Source: a virus (taxonomy: Duplodnaviria; Caudoviricetes). Taken from it: DNA of 61,467 bases. Location of the stretch: IMG/VR virus record IMGVR_UViG_3300007609_000021, positions 1-61,467 of that record; one strand, written 5' to 3'. Positions 58,407 through 61,467 of this stretch are shown here, piece by piece. Position numbers and translations under genes: made by a program. Under the pieces are notes generated by a model. The model ran no database searches. It was not told where the DNA came from and saw only the letters and a list, made by a program, of their open reading frames with translations. Position 1 is the first letter of the stretch, and the number at the start of each line of letters is the position of its first letter.

Positions 58407-58660
58407 TCCACTATAACTACATCTGGTTGTCTTATAACTTTATAAAGCTTTCCTTTATATTCAATACCGTGCCCGGCATGCCTGTCATAGTATATTGTAT
58501 TGCCTTCCGCGACACCCACTGTGTTTTCGCCTATACTTATAACTTTACCTTTTAAATAACGTATATCGCTAGTATGCTGGTCCATTATAAGTAAACCGCT
58601 TTCTGACTTCGGCTCTTCTTTGATCTCCGTAATTACAATGTAATTATTTACTGCTTTCAT
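58403..58660 (-). CDS. groES: Co-chaperonin GroES
   Basis: SESGLL and GKVISIG motifs; adjacent to groEL. Confidence 0.85.
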   Translation of the reverse strand: MKAVNNYIVITEIKEEPKSESGLLIMDQHTSDIRYLKGKVISIGENTVGVAEGNTIYYDRHAGHGIEYKGKLYKVIRQPDVVIVE

Positions 58661-60209
58661 TGATTCTTACATTTGAGATTACACAATCGGTTGACATGAT
58701 CGTAGCGGCAACTGACGATGCATTAATTAAAGCTGTTTTAGTGACCAGTACGGGGTCGATTACGCCTGCCTTAATCATATTTACTTCTTTACCGGAAATA
58801 ACGTCTATACCGCGTCCTTTTGTCTCCACGTTAGTTTGTGGTAATCCAGCGTTTTCTAATATGGTATAATAAGGTGCAGTGATCGCTTTCATAAACGTAT
58901 TCTCCACGTCTCCTTTAGCATTGATCTTATTACTTGCATCAAGGAGAGCAACACCCCCACCTGAAACAATACCCTCTTTAAGCGCAGCCTTAACCGCATA
59001 TATAGCGTCTTCAACTCTGTCTTTCTTTTCTTTAAGTTCAACCGGACTATTACCACCCACTTTAATAACACCTACAGCACCGGCGAGCATCGCGAGCCGT
59101 TGTTCCAATTTTTTCTTAATAAAAGGATTTTGTTCAGACGAAATTTTATTCTGCACGCTTTCAACTCTTTCGCTGGCAGCTTCAGGCATTTCATCAATGG
59201 TAATTATTGTAGTGTTGTTATCTGTGACAGCTTTTACTGCTTTGCCTAGAATATCGGGTTGTATCATATCCAAATCATCCCCGAGTTCTTCGTTCATTAC
59301 GGTTGCACCAGTTATCGCTGCTATATCTTCTATAGTATCTCTTTTAGTCGCACCGAAACCCGGAACATCTACGATGTTAACTTTTAAGTTACCTTTAACT
59401 TTGTTTGTTAAAAGTGCAGCCATTGGCTGTTGTTCAACAGTTGCAACAATCAGTAAAGATCCTTTCTCCTTTATAACGTGTTCTAAAACGTTTTGAATCT
59501 TTCTAATGTTTGGTATAGGCGAAGCAACAATAAGTACGTAAGGATTGTCTAAAACAGCCTTGCCGGTATCTGTGTCAGTAATTAGGTGCGGGGATTTCAA
59601 GCCTGAATCAAATTGTACTCCATCTACGATTTCAACGTACGTTTGTTCAGATTCTGACTCTTCCATCAGGACCACACCATCTCTACCTACTTTTTTATAA
59701 GCCTCTGCAATAATACCACCTAACGCTTTATCATTGTTAGCCGATATACTTGCTACAGCATCTAACATATCGTCTTTTACTTCAACTGCCGTCTTATCCA
59801 AGTAATCAAGTACTTTTGCAACACCTGAATCTATACCGTCTTTTATTTGCCTTACAGTAACGCCTAAGTCAGCATCTTTAAATGTATTTATGATTGCATG
59901 AGCTAACACTGTCGATGTTGTAGTCCCATCACCTGCTTCTTTCACCGTTTTTTGCGCAGCCTGCTTAATTAAGGTTGCACCAATGTTTTCTACAGGATCA
60001 AAAAGCACTACGCTGTTAGCAACAGTAACACCGTCCTTAGTAACTACAGGTTTACCAGAGGCATCCTCGTATATTACACATTTTCCCGACGCTCCTAGTG
60101 TAGACTTTACCGCATTGGTTAATTTGTCTATACCTACCATTACTTTATTTCTAGCTTCATCGCCAAAGTTAATATCCTTGACAATTTCGCTTACATGATT
60201 GTATTCCAT
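58644..60209 (-). CDS. groEL: Chaperonin GroEL
   Basis: TKDGVTVA, AGDGTTTSTVLA, EGIVSGGG and GVIDP motifs. Confidence 0.95.
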   Translation of the reverse strand: MEYNHVSEIVKDINFGDEARNKVMVGIDKLTNAVKSTLGASGKCVIYEDASGKPVVTKDGVTVANSVVLFDPVENIGATLIKQAAQKTVKEAGDGTTTSTVLAHAIINTFKDADLGVTVRQIKDGIDSGVAKVLDYLDKTAVEVKDDMLDAVASISANNDKALGGIIAEAYKKVGRDGVVLMEESESEQTYVEIVDGVQFDSGLKSPHLITDTDTGKAVLDNPYVLIVASPIPNIRKIQNVLEHVIKEKGSLLIVATVEQQPMAALLTNKVKGNLKVNIVDVPGFGATKRDTIEDIAAITGATVMNEELGDDLDMIQPDILGKAVKAVTDNNTTIITIDEMPEAASERVESVQNKISSEQNPFIKKKLEQRLAMLAGAVGVIKVGGNSPVELKEKKDRVEDAIYAVKAALKEGIVSGGGVALLDASNKINAKGDVENTFMKAITAPYYTILENAGLPQTNVETKGRGIDVISGKEVNMIKAGVIDPVLVTKTALINASSVAATIMSTDCVISNVRINESSK

Positions 60210-60228
60210 TTGATTTAATTTAATTTAT

Positions 60229-60531
60229 TTAACTGAATGTTTTAACTACTTTCGGTCCATCTAAGAACTCTAACTTCTTTTTGTAGTGTTCGATCGTTGC
60301 ATCAATTGCTTTCTCGCAACCTTCCAAGGTTTCTCTCCTTGTAATATCAATCCAAACATTCTCGTCAATAGTACCCTTCTTTTGGTACTCGGCTTGATAA
60401 AAGCCATTCGCTAATTGCGTAATTCTCCAATGCTTCTTCTGAGTTACATACTCTAAGAATTCTTTGGTGTCTTCTGTGTTGGTTTCAGTTCTACCCTTCT
60501 GGTAGCCTCCTGAGGTGTAAAAATAAGTCAT
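60229..60531 (-). CDS. Hypothetical protein (100 aa)
   Basis: ORF in the late operon. Confidence 0.65.
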   Translation of the reverse strand: MTYFYTSGGYQKGRTETNTEDTKEFLEYVTQKKHWRITQLANGFYQAEYQKKGTIDENVWIDITRRETLEGCEKAIDATIEHYKKKLEFLDGPKVVKTFS

Positions 60532-60561
60532 ATGGTTTTAATTAATGGTTTACTTGTTGGT

Positions 60562-60825
60562 TTACCACTTTGCAAGAGGACACTTACTCTGTGGCGACAG
60601 CGTCTTAGCTGCTATGTTGCATCCGCAACCTTTTTCAATTTTTCCAGTCTTTAGGTTCATACCGCCCTTCTTAGGATCGCACGTATTACCGGTTCTTAAG
60701 TAACACATGTTACACAACTGCATTCTATCTGCAGCCATATCCTTTGTTTCTGGATCAAGGATATTAAACTTGTCTTTAACTACATTAGCCCATCCGGTTA
60801 TAATGTGTTCTATATTTAATTTCAT
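60562..60825 (-). CDS. Cys-rich small protein
   Basis: CNMC..C..CGC..KCPLAKW. Confidence 0.65.
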   Translation of the reverse strand: MKLNIEHIITGWANVVKDKFNILDPETKDMAADRMQLCNMCYLRTGNTCDPKKGGMNLKTGKIEKGCGCNIAAKTLSPQSKCPLAKW

Positions 60826-61064
60826 TTTTTCTTTTTCAATGTGTTATTAGTGGTCTTGGTCTTACTTCTATTAACCTTAATTGAAACAAACTTTTTTCTA
60901 TTATGGTCATAGTCCTTACCATTAATATCTTTCCCAGCCTTAATAGCAGCCCTACGCTTACGCTGGTTCTCCGCCTTCATCTTTCTTCGACGAGGTGTCA
61001 TAGCCGCTGCTAAATCACGTTTGCGCTTAGCGATCAATGCTTTCTTAGATAATTTCTGTGCCAT
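60822..61064 (-). CDS. Basic protein with degenerate HNH-like motif
   Basis: GKDYDH...VNR; start probably MAQK at 61064 rather than 61109. Confidence 0.5.
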   Translation of the reverse strand: MAQKLSKKALIAKRKRDLAAAMTPRRRKMKAENQRKRRAAIKAGKDINGKDYDHNRKKFVSIKVNRSKTKTTNNTLKKKK

Positions 61065-61124
61065 ACCTATAATATCACATGTATATCCAGCATCTTTAAA
61101 ACTGTGCAACCCAGTTATAAAAAC

Positions 61125-61171
61125 TGTGACGATAGCCCCCTACTATATACATATAAGAGGCTAATGTCGCA
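61125..61171 (+). repeat. Bipartite inverted-repeat site C
   Basis: tgtgacgatagcc-ccctactatatacatataaga-ggctaatgtcgca. Confidence 0.75.
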
Positions 61172-61420
61172 CTTTACAACATATAAGCAATGCTATTGCA
61201 CTGGAAAAATTTGTTCAGATATAGGGAACGATTGTATTACATATATATTTTACACGAACCGTCTTCACAACGGAATCGATATTTTTTACCCCACGGGGCC
61301 CCTTTTGAAACGAATTTCGTAGAAAGTTTCAGCTTTTGCTGTAGCGCAGCGTAACTATCGTTAACGACTACGTTCGGACCTCACATCAATTTGCGACGTT
61401 TTTGTTTCACAATAAAAAAG

Positions 61421-61457
61421 AGTTGATACGAGTCTATATTGATAATATATATGTAAG
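61421..61457 (+). promoter_or_regulatory. Early promoter-like repeat copy 7, pointing off the window end
   Basis: agttgatacg-agtctata-ttgataatatatatgtaag. Confidence 0.72.
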
Positions 61458-61467
61458 TAAAAAATAA

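Noticed and set aside
58879-59496. 205-aa antisense ORF inside groEL, and similar antisense ORFs in the capsid and RNR genes
   Set aside because: Typical antisense shadows of codon-biased genes, with no motifs
1-61467. tRNAs, integrase/lysogeny module, stop-codon reassignment, DGR
   Set aside because: None recognised by eye; genes are long and tightly packed in the standard code, and no reverse transcriptase or recombinase is seen

Overview
The window looks like a near-complete genome (about 61.5 kb, AT-rich) of a lytic, probably short-tailed dsDNA phage. The host is inferred to be Bacteroidota/Flavobacteria from A-rich leaders without Shine-Dalgarno sequences and crAss-like structural genes. 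The + strand (1-17.7 kb) carries an early array of micro-genes punctuated by a 37-bp promoter-like repeat, then a sigma-70-family factor, Erf-like and exonuclease recombination genes, a T7 gp4-like primase-helicase, ThyA, NTP pyrophosphatases, an endonuclease I-like nuclease and a class I RNR. No DNA or RNA polymerase is recognisable. The - strand (17.7-61.1 kb) carries GroEL/GroES, basic micro-proteins, tail fibre and LamG genes, terminase, portal, scaffold, capsid, tail ring and nozzle, ejection proteins (one of 2464 aa) and lysis genes. The best candidate for a new system is a gene fusing a plant-type (GT95 HPAT/GT96-like) glycosyltransferase to a 2OG-Fe(II) oxygenase, which overlaps the end of a tail protein carrying long xAPT repeats. 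This suggests hydroxyproline O-glycosylation of the virion. The second candidate is a sigma region-2-like domain inside the giant ejection protein that could drive the non-host-like early promoters. All family assignments come from motif recognition by eye; no database searches were run.
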